Counted from the first letter of the stretch, positions 41,420 to 55,735 are shown. The stretch is 64,000 bases of DNA from Owenia fusiformis (GCA_903813345.2 CAIIXF020000001.1:40424001-40488000); one strand, 5' to 3'. Notes: generated by a model not told the origin, from the letters alone. Numbers and translations: made by a program.

Positions 41420-44067
41420 GGAATAAATAAATGTCAGCAAAGTTAACTACCAGTTAACCCTATACATATAAATACTTATTGTGAAATAATTTTAGATAAG
41501 GAATAAATTTAATTAAATAGAAAGTGATTTATAGTATCAATGTTATGATAAAAAAGAGCGCTGGTAAATTCCATTGTGGTAATATCACTACTTTTTCATG
41601 ACTCTGCCACATTAAGATGATGAAGTCGCCACACAAGGCTTTTAAAAATCACGAGATCATTTACCTTAATGGGGTCTATTGTCATAGAATGATGATATAT
41701 ATGACAGCGATAATTAACCAAATTAATACTCTTCCATGTTATGACCATTTTTACAGTTATTACCTGTGATTAGCTGTATTAAAGTCTCATGCAAACATCA
41801 ATTAGTAGAAAAAAGTGATTATCAAACTGCATATAGATTATATTGTAAATATGGTAAGCTTTACAGTGCTGTTAGTGTCAGATTTAACTTATTTTAGAAT
41901 ATAATTTGTGGAAAACAACCATGAAGTACAGAAGCTCGTAGATGAACCTCTCTTTTAAGTGAAGAAATCAATCTATTGAAAAAGACTACTGGAAAACATC
42001 AGCCTAAACTTAAGTCTATATACCCAAGAAGAATTCGAATAGAATTTAGTTTAGTCCAGACCTTCTTTGCACAGTGTCACACATAGTTCAGTTATTGTTT
42101 CCTAAATGTTCTTATGTTTGTTTAATATTTTACTTTCCCAAAATCTTTTGTGGTCTATTAAGCTAATATCTTTATACACATCCAGATTCATGTTTTAATC
42201 TCTGTTTTATTTGTTGGAGCATTATTTTAATTGAAACTTAGTAAAAGGGAATTGACAATTCTAAAAAAAGAAATATATCGGAATTTAATATTTTAGTTTC
42301 TTTAATATTTTAGTTTCCACTTTTTTGGGTTGTGAATTTATTTCAGCAAATTCTAAATTAAATGATAACTCAATCAATCAATCTTTGAGATCATCAAGTA
42401 TTGAACAGGGTTTGTCTTCTATTAAATGTTTAACAACCCAGTATTAACAATTGTATATTAAAAGGTGCATCAAAAATGAGAGCCAAGTAAAGACGTTCTA
42501 GAAAATTAAAACAATTTTTATTTTTCTAACATTCAATTTCATGGCTATTTACAATTTTTATTCAATTTCATGGCTATTTTTATATAAAAAGTGGTATAAT
42601 CCTGACCTATTTCGCGGTAATGTTTTGATTTTTAAGGTCATTTAGCAAGAATGTTGAAAAAGTAGATCTCCTCATGGTTTTGGATGTTTCCAAATCTTTA
42701 ATGCTCCATTTTTGATCGGATTTTAAGTCTTGTTTCAAATAATAAAATGAAAATTATAAAAGAAACACTGTCATACTATCCATTCTACCTATTTACACTA
42801 TTTATTCTTTGCTACCACTTAAATAAAGTAGGAATAATTAATCATACATTGTGATATAACTGAAAATTCCAATCTTGATAATGGTCAAATCACACACATC
42901 GTCAAGTCATGATTCTACCAAAATAATACATGTTTATCAAAAATGCATGCTAATAAATACCACATGTTAAACAATCATCATTAGAAAATGAAAAATATCA
43001 TTTAATTCTAGTTTGCAAAGGAAAATTATCCTAAAAAGAACATCTCTAAATAACCTGATTAGGAAATTCCAAGTACATATTGCAATCATTATCCCCGCCT
43101 ACTGTTTACGAACGTGTTTTTTCTAAGTTGAGAAAATAAATAATTGTAGGTTTCTACCTGTTGGCTATATATGTAGTTTTGTGTTACTCCAAAACTTGAG
43201 AAGACATGGGTTCACTTCCATCTGAGGTTAATTTCGCCTGAAGCCATTCACTCAAGACTGAATCAGATCCTGTTTAATATATTCCACGGGAGATAGAATA
43301 TCACCAAAAGCCGTGTCTGTTCACCAATCAGATCACTTCACTCAAATAATGCTTATTTCTGTCAAGCAACTTAGTGATGGGATATTACCAAATCAGAGTT
43401 TTATATATGTGAGTCTACATTGAGAGGTTCGACAAATAAATTGGGATTTTTTACAGTCTGGTTTATTTGCAGAGTTGCAATTGGTTACGGCACAATACCA
43501 ATATTTCAGATTAGTTTCATGAAGGTTTATGACGATAACAATATGATATATTCTGTTAATAAAATATTATAACATTCTTCAATGTATCTGCTATAATGTT
43601 TCAATTCAGCTTCTTTATTATTACAACGTAAAATAATTATTAAAGTCAAATATTAAGAACATCATAGGCAAATTCTCCAGGTTGGCAAAGTATGATATTT
43701 CAATTATATTGCAATTATAGATTCAGGCCCTTCTGTGTTATATTATAAACTATACTTATCAAAGCATTTTCAAAGTCAATATCCTTAGTAGGATGCTGTA
43801 AAATAATTTTGTCCTACACGAGCTTAAGACAGAAAATGGGTTCATATATATGAGTATATAATGTACAAACGTGTTATTATGTGAGGTCTATGCCCGGGTT
43901 CTAATTATATTGGTTAGCCCAAGGTCTCCAAAGCAGATTAATGTAAACACTTCTCAATAATGTTCATTTTTCATTTTTTGTTTTTTAAATGATTTTTTGG
44001 TAACTGAATTAAAATGTTAACATGTTCATGCTTTAAAATTTAATATAACTTCAAGCAAAAAAATAGA

Positions 44068-44100
44068 AAATAGCCAATAGCCAATAGCCAATAGCCAATA
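44068..44100. repeat. (AATAGCC)4 microsatellite
   Basis: Visible by inspection. Confidence 0.9.
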
Positions 44101-47100
44101 GGTCAATATATATATAAATGGTAATAACAAGACAGTATGCTGCCATCTAATGGTAAATTATTGCAAATGGTTACTTTTAGTGTAACAATTTGGCGATTAT
44201 AGACACCAGACACAAAACACCAAACACTGACTACCAAATATCATAACTCTGGATGCAGAATACCTGTATCAAATAATGGCACTTTTAACAATGGTGATGA
44301 CATAAAAAAGAGAGAGTCTTCGTAATATTACTCTCACTAGCATATGCAATCATTTTCAAAGATAGCATCATATTTCCAAGGTGTCCATTAGTATAGGTTA
44401 TTTACGTCTTTTACTTGGTGATCAAATATCAATCTTTACATCCATTAATCTATTACATGTGAGCTGAATACAGATGTGTAATAAGAATTGCAAAAAACAT
44501 TATAGCATTTACCAATCTCCCAAATTCAGTTATAAAATATTTTACTGGATCTTTTGGTGTATGTTACCTAATTTCCATAATCCATAAGAACCGATTTGGA
44601 TTTAGAAGCTCACGATTTTTTAAACAAACATACGATAATTGTATGCTATATTAGTTCATGGAGGACTAGGAAGTCTATGTCGGGGTAATCAATAGTGACC
44701 CGAGAAATTCAATAATCTACATTATTCAACCAATAAAAAGCCATTTAGTGGAGAAACAATAGCCTATGCCCCGCCCCTATCAAAAATATTCATAATTCTG
44801 TGTAATATTAGATTCTCAAACGAGCGAAAACCATAGTAATGACATGACAATGAAAAATGGTCAGTATCCTTCATAGAGAATGTATGAGGTCAATGTATAC
44901 TGGTTTAGTTCTCTCCGATATTCATTCGTTATTTTAACAGCTGAATTATGCAAGGCTGACATATACAGTACTGTAGATCGTAACATTGAACTTCTCTCAA
45001 CATGAGAATACATAAACTCTCCACTACTAACTTCTATCGACCCCCAAATCAGTACTATAATGTTAATGAGTTAATGTAACTGATAGCCAGACATTTGAAC
45101 AGAAGTATGTTGAATAACAGACAAGAGAGAAATAAATGATTTATAAAGCTCTTTTAAAATGTTGACAGAGTTCGAGTATGTCAGGTGGAATAACACAGAA
45201 ACATAAGCCATCCTCAAACGAACAATTGGAAAATTGAGAAAAACACTTATCTTAAAAAGAATGTACACTATTAGGCGCTACTATTTGAACAGGTTGCCCA
45301 ATTCCAAAACCTTAAATTATGCATTTTATTTATGTTGTTACTGTTTTGTCTTCTAAAAATCAAAAAATATAAATTATGCATTCAATTAATTATCTGATAT
45401 AATATTTAACTATTATAATTATTGGATTTATAAGTCAATACATTTTCTTTGGGAGTGTTAACTTTTCTTCTTACCGGAGACAAAAAAGTGCTTGACCAAT
45501 CCATGGGCTTTCAACACCCATGACCAATCGGAAGTTAGGATTTCCATGAAGTAGGTCAAGTATAGTGTCCAAGAACAATTCTGCTGCAAACTTGCAAGAT
45601 TCATAGCTGCGGTATTTGATTCAAAACATTCAATGACCAAAAACTAGAGAGGTAAATTTCCCCTTCCCCCCACCATCCCATGGCCTTCCTTCAAGAAGCA
45701 TTTTTATAAGCCCCAGCTAAATCATAATGACAATATCAGCTAAATGTGAGCCTATTGTCAAATTCAAATTTTTCCTAGACGGGTTAATATATTATTCACT
45801 ATTTTGGATTTGAAGCTTTCTTAAAAATCCTGTGTTTTATTTCCTGTTCTATTATAACAGTAGTATCATTAAGACTTCGAAATGCCAATCCCAAATTTGC
45901 AAAAAGTATTTATTTTTCTTGGATGTTGCCCTAGGAAAATCTGCTGACAGAGTCCATCAGGTTTAGCTTTAATTGTATGTTTTTCATCTAAACATTACTG
46001 CATTATTAGCCCTGTCTGGTTCTGATTGGCAAAAACTGCTATATTTTAAACATGATCTCTTCGATCTTCATGGGAATTCAATTCTGCATCTCGGTTGAGT
46101 TTTAAAACAATGTCTTTCCAGACTAACAACTTACTTTTTTGTTGTTGTCTAAACCTTTTAGATATTTCAATTGCTTTTGTTTCAAAAAAAATTTCAACAC
46201 CAAATAAAATACAAAAATAACCCCTGATAACTTCACCATTGTTTCTATATTTTCCACTTTCAAAGAATGTAATTTGGCACTAAAATATGTTAAAATTACT
46301 ATGATTATTTTTAAACTATGCATTTTAGCATGTAGTATATCAAACATCACAGTTGTTCCTTTCAAGCCCAAAATTTCCACAAGCTATGATAAGTCTTCAC
46401 GATGCGTGTAAAATGCTGTTACCACACACAGAAAACATTTAAATAAAGATACATAAGAACCATGTTATCAATTTTTCGAATAACTTTTTTCATTTTCAAC
46501 TGTCAGTATTATTAGCTTGCCAGTTTCTGAATAATTATTTTTATCAAATGTACTTACTCAATTTCTATATGCAGAAATCACATGATTGTTCGTAACAAGC
46601 ACATTATTCAGTATTATTGCAAATTGATAAGTGACATTTACAGAAGCTGCAAATGCACCACCATAAATCATAACTTACATTAATCTTGTGTCTATACGTC
46701 TGTAATTAACTGCATGAAGAGATCATATGTTCAGCAAGAACGCAATGAGGCAAAAAGCATTAATAACTCAAGACAGTTCAGTTATATAATTAACTACTAT
46801 AATCTCTGATCTGGGAATATATGAGTAATATCTCAAATCAAGCAAGATCTTGAAGAAAAATATCTCCTGGAAATTGTCTCCAAGGGAAATCTCGACGGGA
46901 AACATAAGAAGAAAAGACATCACCAATAAAACATATCCCCAAAATTTCCTGTACACAGGACATCTCACTTTTATTTCTTTTTTAATCTAACATTTATTAC
47001 TTTTTTATTGCACATTTATTTCTATTCTTCATGAAATGAAACAATCTCACTATGTATATACTAACAAGATTCATAAAATTTTTAAAGAATATTTTGATTG

Positions 47101-47453
47101 TACTTTCTACTATTTATTCATCAACATTCTTGTTTCCTAATACACAAAATAATTCTAGTTGATAACAGATGTGCCATTTACTACTAACTAAATGCAATAT
47201 CACAAGTCAAATCCCTGTTTTCTTTGGCTTTCTCAACAAAAAATAGCAACAACAAGCTAGCGCTGCATCAATATTTAGACAGGGTATACTTTAGTGAAGA
47301 TTAAAGAAAGGTCATGTGATAGAGAGCTAAGGTTTCAGACCACCTAATTCTAACACAACCAGGAATTACTTTATGAGAAATGTTTTAGAAGTGTTGGTAA
47401 AATTAATGGCATCTACTGATCATACAGTACGTTCTTCGGCCTATACGGTTCTA

Positions 47454-47632
47454 CAGGGGTGTAGCTAGCAAATGTCAAGGGGGTGCGAATTTTTGCATTT
47501 TCATCACTGCAAGCAAAGCAAGCCCCAAAAAGGGGGGACATTTTTCAAAATTTACATTGTATATGGTGCATTGTAAGCATTTCAAACTGTACACTTTCAC
47601 AAAATTACTTTTTTCTTATTTTGTGGGGTGTA
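47454..47632. mobile_element. Probable truncated MITE beginning CAGGGGTGTAGCTAG
   Basis: The terminus and G-runs resemble the CAGG-type MITEs at 14.3 and 20.1 kb. No matching right end was found. Confidence 0.45.
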
Positions 47633-49672
47633 CAGAATTTCTCGAGCAGAATATATCTTGTATTGCACTTCAAATCGTTCAATAACTTATAACATTGGCT
47701 ACTCTGTGATCGGGAGTGTCTGGCAGAACAAGACTGCTTGTAAAACATGCTGTTGTATCATATACTTCACTTCATACACAATATTGAATGATTTAATTTT
47801 ATATTTTTCTCTATTTTTGTGTCCCATACAAGATATCCAATCATTACCTATAAGGCGCTAGATTTGTTGCAAATGAATACCTATTCAGATTCATTTATTA
47901 TATTATCTTGATGAACAAGTGAGAAATTATGCTTCATTTTGGAGAAAACACATCTATAATGTCAAAACATCTACACATTTAGTCAGTTCCAGACCCGAAC
48001 CTAAATTGTTCAGTGACACAATGGACTAACATTGAATACCCTTGGTGATACCTCTAATGAATATAAAAATATTTTTCATAATTTTATGAGAATTCAATGG
48101 AGTGCAAGAAGATTATGTATGTCACATGATACAATATACATATAGCAAAAGGTGCGTATATTAATATACATGCCTTGCTTTTCTTCAGAAGCTTCCTGTT
48201 ATAGGAATTATTGAATCAGTATCTATGTAATAGTCAACGCAAACATTCTGAGTTATTAATATGCATAAAACAAAGAGCAGGTAATATATAACATATAACA
48301 AAACATATATATAATGAATTTGTGATGGTATACCTTGCACTCCATATAATTGAAAACTGATATGATCAATTTGAACAAATTAGAAAACCGACACCACCTA
48401 ATACAATTTCTGTATACGACATATCTCAATAATGAACATAGCTAATTGGAAATTGTCTTTCACTATTTTATCATGATTCAGAGTGAAAGCCGTCTCTCGC
48501 AGATTAGTTTTTGTCTAGCAGCAAATCACTCGCTTTTATATTAGCGATCAAATTCTTACCACAGGAAGAATTCTTGTCATTTTGCTTTTTGTAACTATAA
48601 ACATAAGTATGCCAAATAAATTTACCAAAACGAACAGTATTTCATTGAGAAAATATTTGAAAAACCAAATTTTGACAAAATTAAACGAAAACTGTTTCAG
48701 AATTTATGAGAAGCAAAACTGTGATATACCATTACACAAGCTGATCTCAATGCTTGCTAACGAAATGTTCATTTTTTAATCAGTAATTCATCTTATTTGA
48801 CTATAAAGTCTAATAGCTTGGATTTCTAAAGTGTAACCCCATCATCATAATGGTGAATGAGAATTGAGTAATTGTTATACCTTGATATTTAATGCTTAGA
48901 AAGAAGTAATAAAAACCATTAGAAGAAAACATAAAAGTTGTAATGAAAATAATAATAGGATTTCCACAAAAAGTATGCAGTAAATAGGCTTCATGGCTGA
49001 CTTTTGTCATGTAACCGATTTGTTTCAGTTATGTTTCATTTAGTGCTAGTGCAATAATCAACCAGTAGAGGGCAGTACCTCCTTACAATGTAGATTATTC
49101 AACCTACAATAAAGTGCTGCCATCTTTCAGTAAAACATCAACTTAAAACAGAAATACAATATGGAAGCCTACAAACATAATTTGATTCCACAATATATAC
49201 ATGCATAAAGCTTAAAAATATAAATATCCAAGTATTATTTTTAGATTGTTGTATTTAAATCAAAAAGGAGAACAAGCACTGTACTGGCTGTCCTCTCATT
49301 CCTATCGGGACCAAACTTTGTTTCGCTCTTTTTAGGGCCCCTGACTACCAACTCATACACACTCTATATGGCCAGTTTCGCACACACTTTAAGGCTTACA
49401 GAAAAATCATTCCTTCTCGAACCCTAATTTTTAAAGAAAAATGATCATGAACTAAGTGAAATCATTGAACAAATTCTGGAATAACATGTTTCTAACTTTT
49501 ATATTCAAAATAAATTCACTGTCTAAATATGGAATGGTGTCCAAATTAAATACAAACATCGGGGGAGAGGTAGATAATTTCATTGAAGATGAATGTTGAT
49601 TTTTTGACCTGGGATTGAAAAAATTTGAGCACATGGTAAATACCATTCAACTTCATTATGGGGGAGGAAGGG

Positions 49673-49777
49673 GGTCATGATGTCTTAGGTTACGCTGTTT
49701 TAGAGTGAACAATAACAAAATTAACTTTACTTTCTCACAACTCAACATTTTGCCACAACCCCTAAGACATCATAACC
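49673..49777. repeat. 17-bp inverted repeat pair, probable MITE remnant
   Basis: ggtcatgatgtcttagg (49673-49689) and cctaagacatcataacc (49761-49777), one mismatch. Confidence 0.6.
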
Positions 49778-50218
49778 TTTCTGAGAAGATATACTTAAGT
49801 TGGTACTAAAGAACACATTTGATAAGTTTAATGTGAACAAAGCTAACATTCTGCTAACCACCTGTATAACTATATAAGTGCAGATATATCAAAACTTAAA
49901 AAGGCAACTCACTTAAGTCTGCTTCCTACAAATGCTGGAGAATAAAAGAATGACTTGCTCTTTCCACCGATGACCTATTTCATACACTGTTACACAAGTT
50001 AGAGTAAGTTCATTTTGAAAACTTCGATAAACCCGTGTTTGAAATAATTTGAACGTGATTATCTCATATTCAAGATACTGATGTTTGTACTTTGGACTTT
50101 TTGAAATGTGGGCAATAGGCCTATTTTTGAAAATGCAGCCAACCTATAAGCCTGCCTATTCATAATATAAATCATCTGGTCAGAAGTTGAACTCCTTAAT
50201 AAAATGATTGTTTCTCAC

Positions 50219-50416
50219 CTTATGGTCATCTTCATCTGTTAATGCAGTTCTTTTATGTTCCAGTTTGTCATCTTCAGCAGTGTTGTTAGGAGTTCCTGCA
50301 TCAACAACAGGATTTTCATGGAGTCCTGCATCCGTATCTTTCTCTGCTACCACTGGTTTTTCCATATTGCACAAGATTTCTTTGGTTTCTGGTTTTGGCA
50401 CGATTGCACAGGGCAT
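50219..50416 (-). CDS. eya: Candidate alternative N-terminal exon of eya (66 codons, acidic): MPCAIVPKPETKEILCNMEKPVVAEKDTDAGLHENPVVDAGTPNNTAEDDKLEHKRTALTDEDDHK, ends in phase 0
   Basis: Protein-like composition within ORF 50180..50416. Donor AAG|gtgaga falls at a codon boundary. Acceptor candidates at 50421-50422 (tatgtttcag) and 50547-50548 (ctttgtattccag). Confidence 0.6.
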
Positions 50417-51179
50417 CTATCTGAAACATAGGGCTTCTCTTTGAATTTCAGAGCAGGTATCTTAATGCGGGGTTTCTTTCTGAAATGAGACATCTAACTG
50501 CAATATAAAGCTTTCTGTCTGCCTGTCTGCAACATGTGGCATTTAGCTGGAATACAAAGTATTTTGTCTAAAGTAAAGAGTTTCTTCCTAAAACACTGGG
50601 CATTTCACAAAATAGACATAGGGGAACAGTATCTCACCCTTGACTAGAATAGACAGTTTTTGAATAGAAAAGTCCGGAATGGCCACCTTAATATTTACCC
50701 AGAATGCATCAAAACTAACCAGTTCTAGACTTTCATACCAAAAAGATGTATCAATCAAACGGTTTGGTTTGAAATGTGTATACAAGACTTAAATTTTATG
50801 ATGAAAAATCCCGAAATCGGTTCATCCAATGTTTCACCTGGAAATATATAGACAAAATTGAATGGGATATCCACCTGCCTACCAATCTATCCGGCAAAGT
50901 GATCACAATACAGCACCCAAGGGTGTGATGAAAACACAGGGCAAATACCCAAAAATATACAAGTGACATAATATTGAACTGCAAAGATATCCCTCTGAAG
51001 CACAGGACAGCTACCTAAATTATAAGTACACATCTATTTACACAATTTCCTTTTTATTTGATATTAGCTACATAAGACATTAACATGACAATGTCACCAC
51101 CTTGTTGCAATTAAAAAACCTATTTGAAAATCAACTTTTTACATTTTTAAAACCATAGAAGGTCAGACAATTAAAGGTG

Positions 51180-51395
51180 AAATCTCAAATCTAGAGTCAG
51201 GTTTGAACTGCTGAAACTTGTAGATGATTTTGAAATAAAATTTGATGAATTTGAAGCAAGTTGAAAAGATTTTTTGACATTGAGAAAGTCAAATCTCAAA
51301 TGTTAATTCAGATTTGAACTTCTTAAAACTTGTAGATGATTTTGAAAAAAAGATTTGGTGAATTTGAAGCGGGTTGAACTTTTTTTGAAAATTGA
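51180..51395. repeat. Diverged ~111-bp tandem duplication; a short AACACC-type repeat follows at 51489-51532
   Basis: aaatctcaaat at 51180 and 51291. aaacttgtagatgattttgaaa occurs in both copies. Confidence 0.85.
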
Positions 51396-52321
51396 AGTCA
51401 GTCTACAACAGTACTTGTAAAGTTATTGGAAATGTAAGGATTTGTTACAACAGACATCGTTAAGAATTTGTTACAGACACAGAACTCTGAACACCAACCA
51501 CCGAACACCGAACACCAACCACCAAACACCAACTGCCATCCACAAAAAAGTTGGAGACTATAACAATATACCACTTCTTTGGTGAGTGGTGACATAATAA
51601 AATTGAAAACCCAACACAGCTTAGTTTATAAAATGCTTGATATCCGCACCAAACATTTTCTGCAAGCACCGTCTACCTAAGGTGGTTTAGTATATGTATC
51701 ATAATGTAATCTGATGTATTATTTGTGAGTCTTACCTAACAGACACAAGCTGAAGCAAATGACATATATATCTACAATATATCAGGGAATCTATCAGAAC
51801 TGCTATTCACACAATTAAACACCTAACAGGCTTTACGAAATACAGGTTAGAATGTCTGTCAAAACTCACGAGCTTGCTGTCTCATCTCTTAAATGAACAA
51901 CCTCAAAATTAGGCTAGTTATAAAATTAGGTACAAATTCATAAGATTTCTTAAGAGTTTTGCAGTATTTACCTTTATCATGTTCCAAATCCTCATTCGGC
52001 TGAATTATGGAGACTGTTCAGTGTCCACCTCTAGTCTCTTACTAATTATATTTTTAATGTAAACAAGCAGTTTATGTATTTTTTTAAATATATTTTGAAT
52101 TCACTTACAGCTCTATACTAGTGCCTAATACAAGGCTCTCTTACAAGTTTGTGATTTGTAAAACAAACACAATTTCACAGACAGAAATGCTTCACAGGTG
52201 GAAAAGATGGACTCAATCAAAACCACATCATGAAATTTTATCAGACACATGGAAAATTTCAACCTCTTTAAATCCAGTTTGTATTTATGAAGAAATTGAT
52301 AGCACATTATACATACTTTCA

Positions 52322-53034
52322 TAGTTCCCCTGATAACTGAACACAATGTTTTCCCGATCACTGAACACAAGCTTCTCCTGATCACTGAACACAAGGTTCT
52401 CCTGATCACTGAACACAAGGTTCTCCTGATCACTGAACACAATGTTTTCCCGATCACTGAATACAAGGTTCTCCTGATCACTGAACACAATGTTTTCCCG
52501 ATCACTGAACACAAGGTTCTCCTGATCACTGAACACAAGGTTCTCCTGATCACTGAACACAAGGTTCTCCTGATCACTGAACACAATGTTTTCCCGATCA
52601 CTGAATACAAGGTTCTCCTGATCACTGAACACAATGTTTTCCCGATCACTGAACACAATGTTTTCCCGATCACTGAACACAAGGTTCTCCCGATCACTGA
52701 ACACAATGTTTTCCCGATCACTGAACACAAGGTTCTCCCGATCACTGAACACAAGGTTCTGCTGATCACTGAACACAATGTTTTCCCGATCACTGAACAC
52801 AATGTTTTCCCGATCACTGAACACAAGGTTCTCCCGATCACTGAACACAAGGTTCTGCTGATCACTGAACACAATGTATTCCCGATCACTGAACACAATG
52901 TTTTCCCGATCACTGAACACAAAGTTCTCCTGATCACTGAACACAAAGTTCTCCTGATCACTGAACACAATGTTTTCCCGATCACTGAACACAATGTTTT
53001 CCCGATCACTGAACACAAGGTTCTTCTGATCACT
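52322..53034. repeat. 24-bp minisatellite, block 1, about 29 units (gatcactgaacacaa + tgttttccc or ggttctcct)
   Basis: Visible by inspection. Source of the 302-aa and 257-aa repetitive ORFs. Confidence 0.97.
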
Positions 53035-53062
53035 CATCCTCCGATCACAGGGCTTCAAAATC

Positions 53063-53262
53063 CAGAATATATTCTTTCTTTTTATACCCTGCGATAAGCA
53101 GTTAGCATTTCCCCGATTAAGAACTCACAATCTGATTGGCTGTCGCAACACTGCCACATAAATCATGTATAAGTCATTGCGCATAATTAGATCATGTGAT
53201 TCAGTTTAATCGAGCGCTTCCAAATCGGTTATAGCAGGGGGAAGAAGGAGGTACAGATTCTG
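53063..53262. mobile_element. Possible small insertion with imperfect inverted ends interrupting the 24-bp array
   Basis: ccctgcgataa (53087) and ttatagcaggg (53229-53239), with outer cagaat/attctg. CpG-richer than the flanks. No TSD resolved. Confidence 0.45.
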
Positions 53263-53283
53263 AATGCCTGCTTAGTAGGATGC

Positions 53284-53780
53284 TGATCACTGAACACAAT
53301 GTTTTCCCGATCACTGAACATAAGGTTCTTCTGATCACTGAACACAATGTTTTCCCGATCACTGAACCCAAGGTTAATCTGATCACTGAACACAATGTTT
53401 TCCCGATCACTGAACACAATGTTTTCCCGATCACTGAACACAAGGTTCTCCGGATCACTGCATACAACATTTTCCCGATCACTGAACATAAGGTTCTTCT
53501 AATCACTGAACACAATGTTTTCCCGATCACTGAACACAATGTTTTCCCGATCACTGAACACAAAGTTCTTCTGATCACTGAACACAATGTTTTCCCGATC
53601 ACTGAACACAATGTTTTCCCGATCACTGAACACAAAGTTCTCCTGATCACTGCATACAACGTTTTCCCGATCATTGAACACCTTGGTTCTCCTAATCTCT
53701 GAACATTTAATTCACCTGATCACCAAAAACATGATTCTTATGACAACTGAACAGATAGTTCCCATGATAAATGAACACAG
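53284..53780. repeat. 24-bp minisatellite, block 2, about 17 units plus a degenerate tail
   Basis: Same unit and orientation as block 1. Confidence 0.95.
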
Positions 53781-54141
53781 AATCAAATCAATGACAAGCA
53801 AAAGATGTCACACTCATTTTTGAATATCAGATATACATGTTCATAAAGAATGATGTATGGGATTCCTTGCAAGTAAAAGTCCTCATTTCAAATATTCATG
53901 GCAGTTTTCTGCTTTTGAGGAATGATATTTGGCATCCATAGTCCTCCCAGTGAAGTCGGTTCATGTTACACACTTGCTCCAGAGAAGGCATGGAATCAAG
54001 AAGAGTGGATATGATACAGGATAAAAGGGAAAGCAAAATTGATTGATTTCTTATAATCAATTAATGAGGCACCTCACCCGGTAAAAATCAAAATATTTCA
54101 ACTCTAAGAATTTTTAAGTAGATAAAGCTACAGCTTGTTCC

Positions 54142-54273
54142 ATGTATGAAATGTTTGTTGTGACATAACATGATGAAGTCATATGTATGAAATGTTTGTT
54201 GTGACATAATATGGTGAAGTCATATGTATGAAATGTTTGTTGTGACATAACATGGACATTGGTGAAGTCATAT
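54142..54273. repeat. 41-bp tandem repeat, 3 copies
   Basis: atgtatgaaatgtttgttgtgacataa at 54142, 54183 and 54224. Confidence 0.92.
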
Positions 54274-55428
54274 GCATATACATGTATACAACATATAAAA
54301 GCTGCATCTGCAAATGTTCAGTATCTCCCAAAGGATTTAATTCTTGTGATTTGACAATCCCTGTTATTTCACTAATCTGACTTTTTGTATACACATACTT
54401 TTCTTTTCTCAATGCCTAGGCAAGGTCGCAAAATGTGTGATTATGATTTTGCAGTGTTACATGTAATTCTACAGAATTTTCAGAAAAGTCATGGTTTGAC
54501 CGTAGAAAAGCAAATGGAGGCTTATGATGAACATAACTTTCTAAGATTTGTAAAAAATGTTTAATGTTTTTGAATAGGAAGAAACTCAATTTGATTTTTC
54601 ATCTTAGCTGTAAATGTAACATGGTTGACTCCATTCTTGGGGATCAAATTTCAAAACCTAAGTAAGCTTATAAGCTAAATTGACTAATCATATTTGTCCT
54701 GAAATATTGCTAAACACAAGGCACATATTTTCTCTATTTTGAAACAAGTAACTCATAAAAGCACAATAAATTGTAGAATTTATATACTGTACTCTGTACA
54801 GAATATTGTTTGCAGAATGCATAATATAGTACAGAAGCCTAGCAGGTGTAAAACGTACAACACCATCTTGTGTCTATAACTGTTAATCCATGTAAAATGT
54901 ATTTGCTTTTGAAAACTGACATTTTCCGATTGATTTTAAACATCCACCTTTAGACAAAGAACCAACACTGTCAATTAATATTGATTAGAGACATACACAA
55001 ACCATGAATGCGCTTCTCCAAAAGAGACCCTTGAAAATCATGTTAAAATTAAATCATGGCCCCTCGGGCTATTTTGACTTCCATATAAACGAGGTCATGA
55101 AGGGGATACAGAAGGCAAGTTTTCCCTTTGGAAAAATGCTAGAGCCATTGTTGACATGTCCCTGTTAGGTCTCTATCACATAAAAAACTTCTATTGGAGC
55201 ATAATGCTTATAGGTGACCCAGTAAAAGCAATAGGTCAACTGGATTTTATCAACTGAATTAGCTGATATAAACATAAACAGAATTGAAAAATTGATCAGT
55301 TTTCCCAAAAGCTGAGTTGGAAACATTTTATGAGATAGTAGGTACATGTTGCAATTTTTATTGAAAATATTGCTTCCAATCAAAATTTTCAAACTATCAA
55401 TGCTTTGCGCTGCTTTATTTGTTTGACA

Positions 55429-55602
55429 CAGTGAAACCTGTACATAGGAACACCTCTCTAAGCTGAATACTTAATGTGAACACTTTTTGGTCCCAATATT
55501 TCATTCTGCTAAAGACTTCAATTTAAAAAGAAACTTGAACACCTGCCAATTAAAACACTTTTGACTAAACCCAGTGACATTCAAATTAGACATGTTTTAC
55601 TT
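55429..55602. mobile_element. Degenerate pogo/Tigger-type MITE
   Basis: Left end cagtgaaacctgtac and right end ttagacatgttttactt+TA form imperfect CAGT-type TIRs. Confidence 0.5.
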
Positions 55603-55649
55603 TAGTCCTTTTTTATTAACTAATTTTATCGTAATGACCATTGACCTAC

Positions 55650-55735
55650 CTTGGTATTGCACTTATTTCTTTGATTGTCTTTGTAATGTTAGCCTTGGCT
55701 TGTCAACTACATTTTGGATCGTCTCTGTCTTTTAA
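55650..55735 (-). other. Candidate non-coding 5' UTR exon (86 nt)
   Basis: Acceptor tttttatgatttcag and donor AAG|gtaggt. Purine-rich body. All three frames contain stops. Confidence 0.4.

Noticed and set aside
45475..45643. Possible exon within ORF 45458..45640
   Set aside because: The peptide is not protein-like, and the repeated tgaccaatc motifs look like a repeat remnant.
52125..53702. Long ORFs (302, 257, 157 and 140 aa) as protein-coding genes
   Set aside because: They are translations of a 24-bp minisatellite that is open in several frames on both strands. I found no supporting splice structure or domain.
52322..53780. CRISPR-like array (constant core plus variable part)
   Set aside because: The variable parts are only 9 nt and fall into two recurring types rather than unique spacers. 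The context is eukaryotic and there are no cas genes.
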